From a virus (Duplodnaviria > Caudoviricetes), in IMG/VR virus record IMGVR_UViG_3300027772_000071, positions 1 through 37,154 of that record: DNA of 37,154 nucleotides, one strand, 5' to 3'. Below are positions 35,842 through 37,154 of the stretch, piece after piece (position 1 is the stretch's first letter; each line of letters begins with the position of its first letter). Position numbers and translations under genes: made by a program. The notes under the pieces were generated by a model that had not been told where the DNA came from, ran no database searches, and saw only the letters and a list, made by a program, of their open reading frames with translations.

Positions 35842-37154
35842 GATCTTCTCTAATCTTTCTAAAATAATTTATAAACTGTTCATAAGATTGATAGTTTCTA
35901 ATTTCTCTAGCAAACTCATCTTGTAAATCATAATATGCCTGGGCAGTAATATCTCGTAGATTACCATGCATTGGCACAGCAAGATCTAATTCAGTTAATG
36001 CATTAGCATTGTTTAGTCGATTTATACCAGCCATCACATAGCTGTATAAGGCCCATCCTGCAGATCCTGCATATCGAGGAAAATCGTGAGATGTAGGCAA
36101 TCGATGTTTGGCCATTTCTAACAGGTCTTCAACGTAGGGAGTTTTTGTAACTCCGGTGTTGATATACTTCCAAAATTCAGTATCGCTTCGACCACCCATA
36201 TAATGTATTACTAAAAAGTCTTTGACATCATCAAACATTTTTCGAGTTCGTTGATTGTAAATGTTTTGTGATCCCAAATTTACTGTATCGTCGATAGTAG
36301 ATTTAATGTATTCAAATATCAATGTTCTACCCTGTACTATTGTTGAATGAATAGACGTTGCTTCTAGGGGTTCTAAAAACGCAGAACTAAGCCCAATGGT
36401 TATACAATTATTGATCCATGCAGAATCTTGGCGACCAGTATCAAATTTAATAACTTTGATAGGATCAATTTCTTGGCCTAGGATAGTTTCAATTTCTTCT
36501 TGAGCTTTATCCGGAGTTGTAAATGCATCACAAAATACATAACCGCATCCTTTGCGATCCATTAACGGAATTTGCCACATCCACCCATTCTTTTGAGCCC
36601 ACGCAGTGGTATATGGTTCGGGAACCTCATGTTGTTTATATTTTAATTGAAAAGGTAACCCAGTATTCAACGGAAGATTTTTCTGATAGCTAACCCACTT
36701 GTTTCCTGGCATGTGTTTCATTAGTACCTTGCTGAACCCAGAACAGTCAATGAATAGGTCTCCCTCAACAACTCCGCCACTTTTTAACACAACTGATTTA
36801 ATAAATCCGCGTTCATCTAAAATTGCATCAACTACTTCATCGTCGATATGCCTAGCATTTTTTTCAATTAGACATTTTTTCTTAAAATATTTCCCAACCA
36901 ATACTGCATCAACGTGCATGGCATGTCTATAATTGGCAAATTGATTAGTATCTTTTTCAAAATTTGATACGCCCTTGTCAATCCAGTATCCGCACTGCGA
37001 CACATTAACTAGTTCTTTTGGATGTAATCGATTTACTCCGTATGCAAATAATGCATCTGGAGTGGCTTCCTTAGTTTGGCTGCCGTCAATCGGTCCAAGA
37101 TAGTAATCGTCGATATCATTGGTCCAACCTTTGTGTTTAATTGCATATTTTAGT
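35825..37154 (-). CDS. Tryptophan halogenase family protein, copy 4 (partial, N-terminus beyond the window)
   Basis: The frame stays open past the called start at 37003 to the window edge (LKYAIKHKGW..., which includes the catalytic Lys position). DCSGF, GWMWQIPL and FLEPLEATS. Confidence 0.88.
   Translation of the reverse strand, partial: LKYAIKHKGWTNDIDDYYLGPIDGSQTKEATPDALFAYGVNRLHPKELVNVSQCGYWIDKGVSNFEKDTNQFANYRHAMHVDAVLVGKYFKKKCLIEKNARHIDDEVVDAILDERGFIKSVVLKSGGVVEGDLFIDCSGFSKVLMKHMPGNKWVSYQKNLPLNTGLPFQLKYKQHEVPEPYTTAWAQKNGWMWQIPLMDRKGCGYVFCDAFTTPDKAQEEIETILGQEIDPIKVIKFDTGRQDSAWINNCITIGLSSAFLEPLEATSIHSTIVQGRTLIFEYIKSTIDDTVNLGSQNIYNQRTRKMFDDVKDFLVIHYMGGRSDTEFWKYINTGVTKTPYVEDLLEMAKHRLPTSHDFPRYAGSAGWALYSYVMAGINRLNNANALTELDLAVPMHGNLRDITAQAYYDLQDEFAREIRNYQSYEQFINYFRKIREDRGLSN

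Noticed and set aside
1-37154. Stop-codon reassignment
   Set aside because: Long genes are uninterrupted in the standard code, and TAA, TGA (e.g. 2475-2477) and TAG (24954-24952) all end genes at sensible positions.
1-37154. CRISPR array, tRNA, intron, intein or IS element
   Set aside because: I saw no spaced direct repeats, cloverleaf, split gene, homing endonuclease or transposase motif. Intergenic space is minimal.
24952-37154. Bacterial secondary-metabolite cluster or chimeric assembly joined to phage DNA
   Set aside because: The island overlaps the last structural gene by 4 nt, carries the same phage-type TAAATA boxes and lacks backbone synthases, regulators and transporters. Read-level confirmation of the junction would still be useful.

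Overview
This window comes from a large tailed dsDNA phage with a T4-like (gp23-type) major capsid protein and uses the standard genetic code. It has two parts. (1) Positions 1-24955 are a + strand virion-structural block. It holds the capsid C-terminus with a UUCG terminator, several small and medium paralogous virion proteins, two giant paralogous multi-domain proteins (1839 and 2558 aa), a fibre with a C-terminal S74 chaperone, and three tandem polyglycine-rich adhesin-like paralogs. (2) Positions 24952-37154 are a visibly more AT-rich, mixed-orientation island made almost entirely of tailoring enzymes: 4 tryptophan-halogenase-like flavoproteins (the last cut by the window edge), 8 2OG-Fe(II) oxygenases in two subfamilies, 1 SAM methyltransferase and 1 unknown protein. 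My leading hypothesis (inference) is a phage system that post-translationally decorates its own virion or adhesin proteins. Consistent with this are late-promoter-like TAAATA boxes in the island and a recurrent D-[D/G]-S-[T/S] loop tag in the structural proteins. Other notable features are four phycobiliprotein-like CxRD helices in the 2558-aa protein and two structured 5' leaders. All family calls come from motif recognition by eye; no database search was run.
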